A stretch of DNA of 64,000 bases from Polaromonas sp. (GTDB lineage: Bacteria; Pseudomonadota; Gammaproteobacteria; Burkholderiales; Burkholderiaceae_C). The translations under genes were made by a program, and so were the position numbers. Shown one piece after another: positions 10,589-20,198 of this stretch. Location of the stretch: NCBI GenBank assembly GCA_021737975.1, contig JAIPCZ010000003.1:15638-79637 (forward strand). The letters are read 5' to 3'. Within the stretch, counting starts at the first letter, position 1; the number at the start of each line of letters is the position of its first letter. The notes beneath the pieces were generated by a model. That model was not told the origin of the DNA. It did not search any database and saw only the letters and a list, made by a program, of their open reading frames with translations.

Positions 10589-12518
10589 CGGCTTGATCAG
10601 GGGTATTCTGGCGCTGGCGCGAACGGAGGCGCATTTCTTTCTGCGTTACCGCAGGCTGCTCGGGGCCGCCATCGTGGTGGTGCTGATACCCGCGCTGTAT
10701 GTGGTGATCTATTTAACCAGCGTGTGGGATCCAGCCGGCAAAACCGGCGCACTGTCGGTGGGAATTGTCAACCTGGACCAGGGGCTGGTGTACCGTGGTC
10801 AGGCCTTTGGAGTGGGTCATGACGTGATCCGGCGCCTGCAGGCCAAGCCGACTTTCGGGTATGTGAGTTATGCCAGTGAACAGGAGGCGCGGCACGGGGT
10901 GGAAACGGGGGCATTGGCCTTCGCTTTGATCGTTCCCGCGGACTTCAGTTCCAACGCCATCCCCGGTGCCACGGCGGGCGCAGGCAAACTGGTGGTATTC
11001 ACCTCGGAGGGCAACAGCTACCCGAGTGCCGGCCTGGCCAGGCGGTTTGCCGAGGACCTGGGTCGCGAAGTCAATCAAAGCCTGAACGCGCAGCGCTGGG
11101 CGCTCGTGCTGGCGGATGCTGCGGGGTCCCAGCGCAGCCTGGCGCAATTGCACGACGGCATGACCCAATTGAGCCGTGGCGCCGAAGAGTTGGCCCAGGG
11201 TGCCCAACAAGCCACCCGTGGTGCCGACAAGCTGACACTTGGTGCAGCCCGGCTGGAGCAGGGGGTCGGGCAACTGAGTGCAGGGACCAAGGAACTCGGC
11301 GCCGGTCTGCGCACGATGTTTGCGCAGCGTCCCAGAAATTCTGACTTGCGACGCCTGGACGAGGGCGCACAGGCCCTGGCCGGCGGGCATGAGGACTTGG
11401 GCAGGGGGCTGATCGAGCTGCAGCAGGGCGCCTTGCGCCTGCACGCTGGCATCGACGGTTTTCGCGACGAGGCGAGCAAAAGCCTGTTTGTCGCCACTCA
11501 GGTTCAAGAGGGCTTGGGGCAACTCGGTCAGGGCGTGGACGCGCTCGAGGCCGGTTTGAAAAGTGCCCATGTCGCGCAACAAAAGCTCAGCGATGGCGCG
11601 ACGCAATTGAGCACCGGTATTGGCACGCTCACCACGGGCCTGCGCGGCCTGAATACCGGCTTGCGCAGCATGGTGAACCAACTGCCTGAAGATGCCAGGT
11701 TGGATGAACTGGCCAGCGCGGCGGGCAGTCTGAGTGTGGGCTCCGTCGCACTCAAGCAGGGCAATCAGCAGGTGCTTGAGGGCGCGCGGCACCTGGCGGG
11801 CGGCCTCGATCTGTTGGTGCGGGCGCTGCCATCTTCCGGGAAAGCCATGGACGGCAACGCCGAGGGCCTGGCCCACTCGGTGCAGCCCGTGGTGGAAGTG
11901 GCCGCCCCTGTGCAAAATAACGGCAGCGGTTTTGCGGCCAACATCGTGCCAGGCGCGCTGTGGCTGGGCGCCAGTCTGGCGGCATTTTTAATTCACATGC
12001 GCGCTTTGCCGCGCGGTGCCAGAGCTTACCCGGCACTGGCATGCGCTGTTGGCAAAGCCGCCGTGCCTCTGTTTCTGGTGCTTTTGCAGGCGTTGCTGGT
12101 GTGTTTGTCCCTGCTGTGGGTGCTGCAAATCCAGGTGCTGCACCTTGCAGCCCTGGTGGTGACGCTGGTCGTCGCCGCGACCACCTTTCTGTGGGTGGTA
12201 TTTGCCTTGACGCGTGCCATGGGTGATGCGGGCAGGGCACTGGCACTGATTTTTCTCGCGGTGCAATTGTCGTCATCGGGCGGTGTCCTGCCCGTGGAAC
12301 TCAGCGGGGGCCTGTTTGCGCAGTTGAGCCCGTATTTGCCGATCACCTGGGTGGTCAAAGCCATCAAGGCCTGCTTGTTCGGGGCCTTTGAGGGCCATTG
12401 GCTGGGCGCCCTTCAATGGGTCGTGCTGTGGGGCGTGCTGGCGGTGCTGGCGGCAACTTATGTGGGCCGCTGGCGTTTTGTAAATACATCGGCATTGCGA
12501 CCGGCTCTGGATCTCTGA
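10578..12518 (+). CDS. YhgE/Pip-family membrane protein with L-x2-G helical repeats
   Basis: N-terminal TM plus WDP...VNLDQG, long LxxG repeat stalk, C-terminal multi-TM ABC-2-like part (QLSSSGG..PVELS). Confidence 0.85.
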   Translation: MKPDGLIRGILALARTEAHFFLRYRRLLGAAIVVVLIPALYVVIYLTSVWDPAGKTGALSVGIVNLDQGLVYRGQAFGVGHDVIRRLQAKPTFGYVSYASEQEARHGVETGALAFALIVPADFSSNAIPGATAGAGKLVVFTSEGNSYPSAGLARRFAEDLGREVNQSLNAQRWALVLADAAGSQRSLAQLHDGMTQLSRGAEELAQGAQQATRGADKLTLGAARLEQGVGQLSAGTKELGAGLRTMFAQRPRNSDLRRLDEGAQALAGGHEDLGRGLIELQQGALRLHAGIDGFRDEASKSLFVATQVQEGLGQLGQGVDALEAGLKSAHVAQQKLSDGATQLSTGIGTLTTGLRGLNTGLRSMVNQLPEDARLDELASAAGSLSVGSVALKQGNQQVLEGARHLAGGLDLLVRALPSSGKAMDGNAEGLAHSVQPVVEVAAPVQNNGSGFAANIVPGALWLGASLAAFLIHMRALPRGARAYPALACAVGKAAVPLFLVLLQALLVCLSLLWVLQIQVLHLAALVVTLVVAATTFLWVVFALTRAMGDAGRALALIFLAVQLSSSGGVLPVELSGGLFAQLSPYLPITWVVKAIKACLFGAFEGHWLGALQWVVLWGVLAVLAATYVGRWRFVNTSALRPALDL

Positions 12519-12531
12519 ACCTAGGTTAAAC

Positions 12532-13491
12532 ATGGCAATTCAATGGTTTCCCGGGCACATGCACCTGACGCAAAAGGCGATTGCCGAGCGCATCAAAAAC
12601 ATCGATGTGGTGATCGAATTGCTCGACGCCCGCCTGCCCGCGTCCAGCGCCAACCCGATGCTGGCCGAGCTGACTCAGGGCAAGCCGACACTCAAGGTGC
12701 TCAACAAGCAGGACCTCGCCGACTCCGGGCGCACGGCGCAGTGGCTGGCCTATTACAACAGCCAGAGCGGCACCCGCGCCATGGGCCTGGATGCCAGCAT
12801 GGCAGCGCCCGCGAAGGCGCTGATCAAGGCCTGTTTTGAGCTGGCACCCAAGCGCGGTGGCATGGTCAAACCGATGCGGGTGCTGATCTGCGGCATTCCG
12901 AACGTTGGCAAATCGACCCTGATCAACACACTCACCGCCAAGCGCGCGGCCAAGACCGGCGACGAGGCGGGTGTCACCAAGCTGGAGCAGCGCATCAGCC
13001 TGGCCGACGATTTTTACCTGTACGACACGCCGGGCATGTTGTGGCCGCGCATCATTGTGGCCAAGAGCGGCTACAACCTGGCCGCCAGCGGCGCCGTGGG
13101 GCGCAACGCGTTTGACGAGGAAGAAGTGGCGCTGGAGTTGCTGGACTACTTAAAGACGCATTACCCGGCGCTGCTGGAGGCACGTTTCAAGCTGACCGGG
13201 GTGGCTGCCATGAGCGACGAGCAGTTGCTGGAGGCCATCGGGCGCCATCGCGGCGCCTTGCAGGGCGGCAAAAAGATCAATTTGCAAAAGGCCGCCGAGA
13301 TCGCGATCCACGACTTTCGCTCAGGCGTGATCGGCCGCATGACGCTGGAAACGCCAGAGGAGTTTGCCCAATGGCTGACGCTGGGGCAAACGCTGGACGC
13401 CCAACGACAGGTGAAAAAGGATGCGATCGAGCTGGACCGAAAAATCAGGTTCAAAAAAATTCCGCGCCCCGACTTGCGCCCATCGCGTTGA
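12532..13491 (+). CDS. rbgA: Ribosome biogenesis GTPase YlqF/RbgA
   Basis: MAIQWFPGHM, NKQD, GIPNVGKS, DTPG (circularly permuted GTPase). Confidence 0.93.
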   Translation: MAIQWFPGHMHLTQKAIAERIKNIDVVIELLDARLPASSANPMLAELTQGKPTLKVLNKQDLADSGRTAQWLAYYNSQSGTRAMGLDASMAAPAKALIKACFELAPKRGGMVKPMRVLICGIPNVGKSTLINTLTAKRAAKTGDEAGVTKLEQRISLADDFYLYDTPGMLWPRIIVAKSGYNLAASGAVGRNAFDEEEVALELLDYLKTHYPALLEARFKLTGVAAMSDEQLLEAIGRHRGALQGGKKINLQKAAEIAIHDFRSGVIGRMTLETPEEFAQWLTLGQTLDAQRQVKKDAIELDRKIRFKKIPRPDLRPSR

Positions 13492-13493
13492 TG

Positions 13494-13790
13494 TCAGAAG
13501 CTTTCGTGCCTTAGCACCAGGTCCGAACAGGGGTAGGCGACACAGGGCAGCACGTAGCCTTGTTCCTTTTCTTCGGCACTCAAGCCCGGCCAGTCGATCT
13601 CGTAGCGAACCTGGCCACGCTCCAATTTGCTAAAGCAGGTGCGGCAGGTGCCATTGCGGCAGGAACTGGGCCAGTCGATGCCGCTCTGCTCGATGGAGAT
13701 CAGCAGCGGCTGGTGCGACCAGGCGTCAAACTGGCGGGCATCGGGTTCGGCGACGCCAATGTAAATTTCAGGATGGTTGTCAGCAGGCAT
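13494..13790 (-). CDS. 2Fe-2S ferredoxin-like protein
   Basis: CRNGTCRTC and LPC plant-type ferredoxin cysteine pattern. Confidence 0.88.
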   Translation of the reverse strand: MPADNHPEIYIGVAEPDARQFDAWSHQPLLISIEQSGIDWPSSCRNGTCRTCFSKLERGQVRYEIDWPGLSAEEKEQGYVLPCVAYPCSDLVLRHESF

Positions 13791-13810
13791 TTATCCATTA
13801 TATTTGGCCC

Positions 13811-14746
13811 ATGAAATCAATACTGCCCCTGCGCTTGCTGGTCAAGCCCGATCACCACGACCCCCGGCCCCTCGTCATCTACCATGGGCACACCTGCCCG
13901 GACGGTTTTGCAGCGGCGTTGGCGGCCTGGACTTACTACGAGGGCAAGGCGGAATTCCTCTCCCTCGACCATGGTGATGTCCGTTCGGTGGACGACCTGC
14001 CGGCGCTGGACGGGCGCGCGGTGTACATACTGGACTTTTCTTTTGGCGAGGCGATTCTGCGCGCCATGGAAGAACGCGCTGCCAAGCTCGTCATGCTGGA
14101 CCATCACCTGAGCGCGGCCGAAAAACTCACCGGTTTTGTCTGCCGCTGCGGCGTGGTGCACTTCGACATGAAAAAGTCGGGTGCACGGCTGGCATGGGAG
14201 TTTTTTCATCCGGATCAGGCCGTGCCGGATCTGGTGCGTTTTGTCGAGGACCGCGACATTTGGGTCTGGCAGTACCCTGAAAGCGCCAGTTTTTTGGCCG
14301 CCCTTGACATGGAGCCGTTTGATTTCGCGCGCTGGCAGCAACTTGCCCAGATGAATGCCGTGCAGTTGGCTGCCTTCATTGAACGTGGCCACGCCATGGA
14401 CGAGAAGTTTTCAAAGCTCGCGGAACTGATCGCGGAGGCGGCGAGCCCGGTGGTCTTTAATGGCGTCACTGGTTTGATGGTTAATGCCCCCGGGGTGTTT
14501 CACAGCCTGGTGGGTGATCTGCTGTCGAAGAAATCGGGCACCTTCGCCTTGCTGTGGAGCGTTGACAAGACAGTGACGATCAAGTGCGGCCTGCGCTCGA
14601 AACCGGATTTCAATTGCATCCCCCTGGCGGCAAGCATGGGCGGCGGTGGCCATGCCCAGGCCAGCGGATTCAAGATGCCGATGGAGCGTCTGCTTGAACT
14701 GCTCGGTGGCAACTTGACAGGCACCAGGACCGATGCCCCGACCTGA
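13811..14746 (+). CDS. DHH/DHHA1 phosphoesterase
   Basis: YH..CPDG, LDFSF, LDHH, GGGGHAQASG. Confidence 0.85.
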   Translation: MKSILPLRLLVKPDHHDPRPLVIYHGHTCPDGFAAALAAWTYYEGKAEFLSLDHGDVRSVDDLPALDGRAVYILDFSFGEAILRAMEERAAKLVMLDHHLSAAEKLTGFVCRCGVVHFDMKKSGARLAWEFFHPDQAVPDLVRFVEDRDIWVWQYPESASFLAALDMEPFDFARWQQLAQMNAVQLAAFIERGHAMDEKFSKLAELIAEAASPVVFNGVTGLMVNAPGVFHSLVGDLLSKKSGTFALLWSVDKTVTIKCGLRSKPDFNCIPLAASMGGGGHAQASGFKMPMERLLELLGGNLTGTRTDAPT

Positions 14747-14759
14747 TCAGACAAGAACA

Positions 14760-14863
14760 TAAAAAAAGGGGCCAGTCTTGCGACCGGCCCCTAAGGAGTC
14801 CCTGAACCTGATGGTTTCGAAAGGACCCGAGGAGACAAGGGTTGGAAAACTTTCGTTTTCGAT
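14760..14863 (-). ncRNA. Candidate GTCTCCTC-containing sRNA downstream of phasin (Betaproteobacteria toxic sRNA-like)
   Basis: Minus strand: extended -10 TGGTATGAT (14871-14879), TTGTCTCCTC anti-SD motif, hairpin, then intrinsic terminator; 5' end estimated. Confidence 0.55.
14761..14791 (-). terminator. Intrinsic terminator
   Basis: Minus strand GGGGCCGGTC-GCAA-GACTGGCCCC followed by T7. Confidence 0.85.
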
Positions 14864-14956
14864 ATTTCAAATCATACCAAGCAAGTCAGGGTTTCCCCTT
14901 GGTTTTAGGCCCAAAGCCCTAAAAAATATTGACTTTCGACGTGCCTGGCTGAGTCA

Positions 14957-15493
14957 TCAGCGCTTTTTGGCGGCTGGCTTGGCAGTGGCAGTGGACGCCA
15001 CTGCGTTGAAGTTGGCCTCAGCCACTTCAGTTGCCTGCTTGACCGCTTTTTGCACGGACTCGAGTGCGTTGGTGGCAGCGGCCACCGAACTCTTCATCAT
15101 GGCCACAGCGGTTTCAGAACCTGCGGGTGCGTTTTTGGCGGCAGCGTCAACCAGGCCGGCAAATTGATGTTGGGCTTCAGCAGCCTGGCCTTCGAACGCC
15201 TTGGTGAATTCGCTGGAAGCGCCGGTCGCGATTTCGTACAGGTGACGGCTGTAGGCAGCGGTCTTTTCAGCCAGTGGTTGCAGCAGGCCGGATTGAAGAG
15301 CCAACAGTTCCTGAGCGTCTTTCACGCTCAGCATGGCCTTGGCAGTGTCGCCGGTTTCAGCCAAAGCGGCCTTGGACGCGCTCAGGTTGAGTTCAACAAT
15401 CTTTTCCACGCCTTCAAAGGCTTTGGCAGTCAGGCCCAACAGGGTTTCAACATTGGCTTTTTGTGAGGCCATCACTTGTTCTACGGTCAGCAT
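14957..15493 (-). CDS. phaP: Phasin (PHA granule protein)
   Basis: [61 protein letters not shown]. Confidence 0.93.
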   Translation of the reverse strand: MLTVEQVMASQKANVETLLGLTAKAFEGVEKIVELNLSASKAALAETGDTAKAMLSVKDAQELLALQSGLLQPLAEKTAAYSRHLYEIATGASSEFTKAFEGQAAEAQHQFAGLVDAAAKNAPAGSETAVAMMKSSVAAATNALESVQKAVKQATEVAEANFNAVASTATAKPAAKKR

Positions 15494-15556
15494 ATTCAAT
15501 TCTCCAGAAGGTTTGTAAAAGGGTATCTGCGCCGAAACTGAGTGGGACTCGAGTTA

Positions 15557-15630
15557 TGTTGCAGTGCAGCATGGGTTGAATTATAGGGTTATCCCGAACT
15601 GGCGCAAGCTTTTTTTGTTGCGTTGCAGCA
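15557..15630. promoter_or_regulatory. Two candidate PhaR operator boxes upstream of phaP
   Basis: TGTTGCAGTGCAGCA (15557-15571) and TGTTGCGTTGCAGCA (15616-15630); TGC-rich near-palindromes typical of PhaR sites. Confidence 0.65.
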
Positions 15631-15738
15631 AATTAGAGACGGATTTCTAATCAGCCGGGGTCAGAGCAAGTCGCTAAGCGAGTGGTTTGACCCGCAAGGT
15701 TTCAAATATCAAGCTTGTCATCAAGCCAAAATAGTGTC

Positions 15739-16668
15739 ATGCAAGCCTTTTACTCGGATCATTTTGTTTTGCCCCTGCCGCCGGGGCATCGTTTTCCCAT
15801 GGCCAAATACGCCATGCTACGCGAGGTCATCGCAAAGCAGTTGCCAGAGGTGTCGCTGTTGGAGGCTCCCTGCGCCAGTGACGGTCAGCTGGCGCTGGTG
15901 CATACGCCGGATTACATTGCGTCGCTGGTGAGCGGGCAGATCAATGCCGAGGCCATGCGCGAGATTGGTTTCCCCTGGAGTGAATTCATGGTGGAGCGGG
16001 CGCGGCGCTCGGTGGGCGCCACGGTGGCGGCGGTGCGCTCGGCACTGCAACTGGGCGTCGCGGCCAACCTCGCGGGTGGCACACACCACGCCTACGCCGG
16101 AAAGGGCGGAGGATTTTGCGTGTTCAACGATGTGGCGGTCGCGGCCCGGATGGCGCAGTCGGAGTGGCAACGCCAACACCGCCAAATTCTGAAGGTGGCG
16201 GTGATCGACCTCGACGTTCATCAGGGCAACGGCACGGCGCATATTTTTCGGAATGACGACAGCGTGTTCACGCTGTCGCTGCACGGCGACAAGAACTTTC
16301 CGTTCCGCAAGGAGGCCAGCGACCTGGACGTGGCGCTGGCTGATGGCTGCAACGATGCCGACTACCTCGACGCGCTCGAGTTGGCGCTGCTCGGGCTGAG
16401 CCAGCGCTTCGAGCCCGGGCTGGTGCTGTACCTGGCCGGGGCCGACCCTTATGCGGGGGATCGCCTGGGGCGCCTGGCACTGACCCCGGACGGGCTGGAG
16501 GCGCGCGACCGGCGGGTGTTTGACTGGTGCCATCAGCACCGCATTCCTGTGGCGTTTGTGATGGCGGGTGGTTATGGCCATCACATCGAAGAAACCGTCC
16601 AGATTCAAAGCCGGACCTTTCGCGCGGGGCTTTCGTATGCTCGGCGCTGGCAAAGCGGCAGCGCCTGA
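15739..16668 (+). CDS. Histone deacetylase-family amidohydrolase
   Basis: [43 protein letters not shown]. Confidence 0.92.
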   Translation: MQAFYSDHFVLPLPPGHRFPMAKYAMLREVIAKQLPEVSLLEAPCASDGQLALVHTPDYIASLVSGQINAEAMREIGFPWSEFMVERARRSVGATVAAVRSALQLGVAANLAGGTHHAYAGKGGGFCVFNDVAVAARMAQSEWQRQHRQILKVAVIDLDVHQGNGTAHIFRNDDSVFTLSLHGDKNFPFRKEASDLDVALADGCNDADYLDALELALLGLSQRFEPGLVLYLAGADPYAGDRLGRLALTPDGLEARDRRVFDWCHQHRIPVAFVMAGGYGHHIEETVQIQSRTFRAGLSYARRWQSGSA

Positions 16669-16795
16669 TGGATGGCGGCAGGCTTTGAAATTATTGAAAA
16701 CCAACCCATGCGAATATCACAAGAACAAGGGGACCAAATGTTTCACAATCCATCCATACACGCCAGACGCGTGTCATAACAAGGAGACATGATTG

Positions 16796-17614
16796 ATGGC
16801 ATCGACCCCTTTCGAAGCGCGAACCTACCCGGAAAAACCGACCGATGTGTACCTGTTTGCCACCTGCCTGATTGACCAGTTCACACCCGAGGCTGGTCTG
16901 GACACGGTGAACTTGCTCGAGCGCGAGGGCATCCGGGTGCATTTCCTGGAAGCGCAAACCTGCTGTGGCCAGCCCGCCCACAGCAGCGGTTTTCCGGATG
17001 AGGCCCGTGCTGTGGCCTTGCAACAATTGAACCTGTTCGTCGAGCCCTGGCCGGTGGTGATCCCGTCGGGCTCGTGTGGCGGCATGATTCGCAAGCACTA
17101 TCCGCACCTGTTTGCCGACGACCCGGTGTTGCACGCCAAAGCCGTGAACCTGTCAGAGCGCGTGTATGAGCTTAGTGAGTTCCTGGTGCATGTGGTTAAT
17201 TTCAGCCAACTTGACCTGGGTGCGCCGTGCACCATCGCCTTGCACACCTCCTGTCATGCGCGTCGCGAAATGGGCGCACATGAAACCAGTGTGGCGCTGC
17301 TCGACAGCATGGCGCAGGTGAGCGTGGTGGTGCAGGCGCGGATCGAAGAGTGCTGCGGTTTTGGCGGCACCTTTGCCATGCGCTACCCCGACATTTCAGA
17401 GGCCATCGTCAACGACAAGGTGGCCGCCATCCGCGACACCGGGGCGGCGTCGGTGGTCAGCGCCGACTGCGGCTGCCTGCTCAACATCACCGGCCGGGCC
17501 GCCAAGCAGGACGAGTTGGCAGGCTTGTCCCAAGCGACGCTGCCGGGTGAGCACCTGGCGAGCTTTTTGTGGCGCCGAACGACTGAACAAGCCAAGACTG
17601 GAGACGCCGCATGA
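16796..17614 (+). CDS. lutA: Lactate utilization protein A (CCG domains)
   Basis: FATCLID, QTCCGQP, PSGSCG, HTSCH, CCGFGGTF, SADCGCL. Confidence 0.88.
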   Translation: MASTPFEARTYPEKPTDVYLFATCLIDQFTPEAGLDTVNLLEREGIRVHFLEAQTCCGQPAHSSGFPDEARAVALQQLNLFVEPWPVVIPSGSCGGMIRKHYPHLFADDPVLHAKAVNLSERVYELSEFLVHVVNFSQLDLGAPCTIALHTSCHARREMGAHETSVALLDSMAQVSVVVQARIEECCGFGGTFAMRYPDISEAIVNDKVAAIRDTGAASVVSADCGCLLNITGRAAKQDELAGLSQATLPGEHLASFLWRRTTEQAKTGDAA

Positions 17615-18333
17615 ATGCCAGCCTGAACCCCACCGGCGCGGCCGAAGCCACGGCGCGCAGCAGTATTCTGGCGCGTCTGCGCGCCCCGGCCGCGCCAGCG
17701 CCGCTGCCCTTGCCCGATGTCAGCGCCTGGTTCGAGGCGCACCAGCGCCGTGAGGACAACGCGCAGCGTGTCAGCCGCCTGCGCGCCGCGCTGGAGGCCG
17801 TCAAAACCGAGGTGCATGACACCACGGACGCCGACTGGCCTGAACTCCTGCTGAGCCTGGTTGCCGCCAAAGGCCTGCGCAATCTGCTGATTGGCAGCGA
17901 CACACCACACGGGGCCGAGTTGGAGGCACGCCGGCCTGCCAAGCTGGAACTCAAGCGCTACGCCGAGTCCATTGACTCCTGGCGTGATGTGCTGTTCGAC
18001 GAGGTGGACGCCTCGCTGACGCTGGCCAAAAGCGCCATTGCCGAAGTCGGCAGCCTGATTCTGTGGCCCACGCCGCAAGAGCCCCGGCTGATGTCGCTGG
18101 TGCCCTCGGTGCACTTTGTGCTGCTCGATGTGGCTAACATTCATTCTGATTTTTATTCCGCCATGACCGCCGAGGGCTGGAAGGATCACTTGCCCACCAA
18201 TGCCTTGCTGATTTGCGGACCGTCCAAGACCGCCGACATTCAGCAGACGCTGGCCTACGGTGCCCACGGCCCGCGTGAACTGGTGGTGCTGCTGCGCCAC
18301 GCCGTCCCCTTCACACCAGGAGCAGCCGCATGA
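17611..18333 (+). CDS. lutC: Lactate utilization protein C (LUD domain)
   Basis: PRLMSLVP, GPSKTADIQQTLAYGAHGP. Confidence 0.88.
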   Translation: MNASLNPTGAAEATARSSILARLRAPAAPAPLPLPDVSAWFEAHQRREDNAQRVSRLRAALEAVKTEVHDTTDADWPELLLSLVAAKGLRNLLIGSDTPHGAELEARRPAKLELKRYAESIDSWRDVLFDEVDASLTLAKSAIAEVGSLILWPTPQEPRLMSLVPSVHFVLLDVANIHSDFYSAMTAEGWKDHLPTNALLICGPSKTADIQQTLAYGAHGPRELVVLLRHAVPFTPGAAA

Positions 18334-19763
18334 GCCAGGTCATCAAGATCCACCCGATGGAAGACTTCAAGGAACGCAGCCGCGGCGTGCTCAATGACCC
18401 GGGCCAGCGCAAGAACTTTCGCGGCGCCATGGACTTCCTGCAGGCCAAGCGCCGCTCCCAGTTTCCTGATCAGGACGAGTTGCAGGGCCTGCGCGAGTTG
18501 GGTTCGCAGATTCGTCGCTACAGCCTGGCCAACCTGCCGCGCTTGCTGGAGCAACTCGAGGCCCGGCTCACCGCCAATGGCATCCAGGTGCACTGGGCAC
18601 AGAACCCCGATGAAGCCAACGCCATCGCCCTGGGCATTGCCCGGCGGGTCAACGCCAAGCGTGTCATCAAGGGCAAGTCGATGGTGAGCGAGGAGGTGGG
18701 TTTTAACCACGCCATGGAGGCCGCCGGCATCGAGGCCCTGGAATCCGACATGGGCGAGTACATCGTGCAACTCGCCGGCGAGGCGCCGTCGCACATCATC
18801 ATGCCGGCCATCCACAAGACGAAGCAGGAAATTGCCAAGCTGTTTGCCGAAGAAATTCCGGGCGTGGCCTACACCGAAGACGTCGATGCCCTGATTCGCA
18901 TTGGCCGCCGGGTCCTGCGGCGCAAGTTTGCCGATGCCGACATCGGGCTGTCCGGGGTCAACTTCTGCGTGGCTGAAACCGGCACCCTGTGCCTGGTGGA
19001 GAACGAGGGCAATGGCCGCATGTGCACCACCGTGCCCAGGGTGCACATTGCCATCACCGGCATCGAGAAAGTGGTGGAAAAGCTCGAACACGTGCCCCCG
19101 CTCTACAGCCTGCTGTCGCGCTCGGCCACGGGGCAGGCGGTCACCACCTATTTCAACCTGATCAGCAGCCCGCGCAAGCCGGGGGAAAAGGACGGGCCCG
19201 AAGAGGTGCACCTGATCCTGCTCGACAACGGCCGCACCCAGGCCTATGCCGACGAAGAACTGCGCGAAACCCTCAAGTGCATCCGCTGCGGCGCCTGCAT
19301 GAACCACTGCCCGGTGTATGCGCGCATTGGCGGCCACGCCTACGGCACCACCTACCCGGGCCCGATTGGCGCGATCATCTCGCCGCACATGCTGGGCCTG
19401 GACGCCACCTACCCGCTGGCCTTTGCCTCGACGCTGTGCGGCGCCTGCGTCGAAGTCTGCCCGGTCAAGATTCCGATCACTGACATTCTGGTGCGCCTGC
19501 GCAATGAAGCACAAGTCAAGCCTGAAAGCGACGAAGCCACCTTGCGTGGCAGCGGCGCCGGGCGCACCGTGGCCAGCACGGCGGTCTGGAATGTCTGGGC
19601 GCAGGTCTATGGCCGCACCGGCCTGTACAAGCTGGCCTCGTGGTTCATGAGCCGGGGCCGCGCGCTGTCGCCTTCTGACCAGGGCGCCTGGACGCGCAGC
19701 CGCACGCCGCTGGTGCCCGCGCCCAAGCGCCTGCGCGACCTGCTAAAGGAGCGAAAATCGTGA
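18330..19763 (+). CDS. lutB: Lactate utilization protein B (4Fe-4S)
   Basis: KGKSMVSEE, PSHIIMPAIH, ENEGNGRM, CIRCGACMNHCP, STLCGACVEVCP. Confidence 0.92.
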   Translation: MSQVIKIHPMEDFKERSRGVLNDPGQRKNFRGAMDFLQAKRRSQFPDQDELQGLRELGSQIRRYSLANLPRLLEQLEARLTANGIQVHWAQNPDEANAIALGIARRVNAKRVIKGKSMVSEEVGFNHAMEAAGIEALESDMGEYIVQLAGEAPSHIIMPAIHKTKQEIAKLFAEEIPGVAYTEDVDALIRIGRRVLRRKFADADIGLSGVNFCVAETGTLCLVENEGNGRMCTTVPRVHIAITGIEKVVEKLEHVPPLYSLLSRSATGQAVTTYFNLISSPRKPGEKDGPEEVHLILLDNGRTQAYADEELRETLKCIRCGACMNHCPVYARIGGHAYGTTYPGPIGAIISPHMLGLDATYPLAFASTLCGACVEVCPVKIPITDILVRLRNEAQVKPESDEATLRGSGAGRTVASTAVWNVWAQVYGRTGLYKLASWFMSRGRALSPSDQGAWTRSRTPLVPAPKRLRDLLKERKS

Positions 19764-19766
19764 ACC

Positions 19767-20198
19767 ATGCACAAGCCACACCCTGAACCACGCAGCGCCT
19801 ACAAGGTTTTTCGTCCCATCAGCACGCGCTGGATGGACAACGACGCCTATGGGCACGTCAACAATGTCGTTTATTACAGCTGGTTTGACACGGCCGTGAA
19901 CGCCCACCTGATCGAGCAGGGGGCGCTCGACATCGAAAAAGGTCAAACCATTGGCCTGGTGATCGAAACCCAGTGCAATTATTTCGAGCCGCTGGCGTTT
20001 CCGCAGACCGTGGACGCCGGCATTCGCGTGGCGCGCCTGGGCAACTCCAGCGTGCGTTACGAGGTGGGCCTGTTCGCGCAGGGTGCCCCCCTGACGGCAG
20101 CAAAGGGCCACTTTATCCATGTCTATGTGGACCGGCACACCCGTCGGCCCAATTCCCTGCCCCAAGCCCTCAAAACCGTTTTGGAGAGACTTCTTTGA
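19767..20198 (+). CDS. Acyl-CoA thioesterase (4HBT/YbgC family)
   Basis: TRWMDNDAYGHVNNVVYY hot-dog fold motif. Confidence 0.9.
   Translation: MHKPHPEPRSAYKVFRPISTRWMDNDAYGHVNNVVYYSWFDTAVNAHLIEQGALDIEKGQTIGLVIETQCNYFEPLAFPQTVDAGIRVARLGNSSVRYEVGLFAQGAPLTAAKGHFIHVYVDRHTRRPNSLPQALKTVLERLL

Noticed and set aside
11100-11850. Repetitive LxxG/GAxxL pattern
   Set aside because: Protein-level helical repeats normal for YhgE/Pip, not a DNA repeat array.
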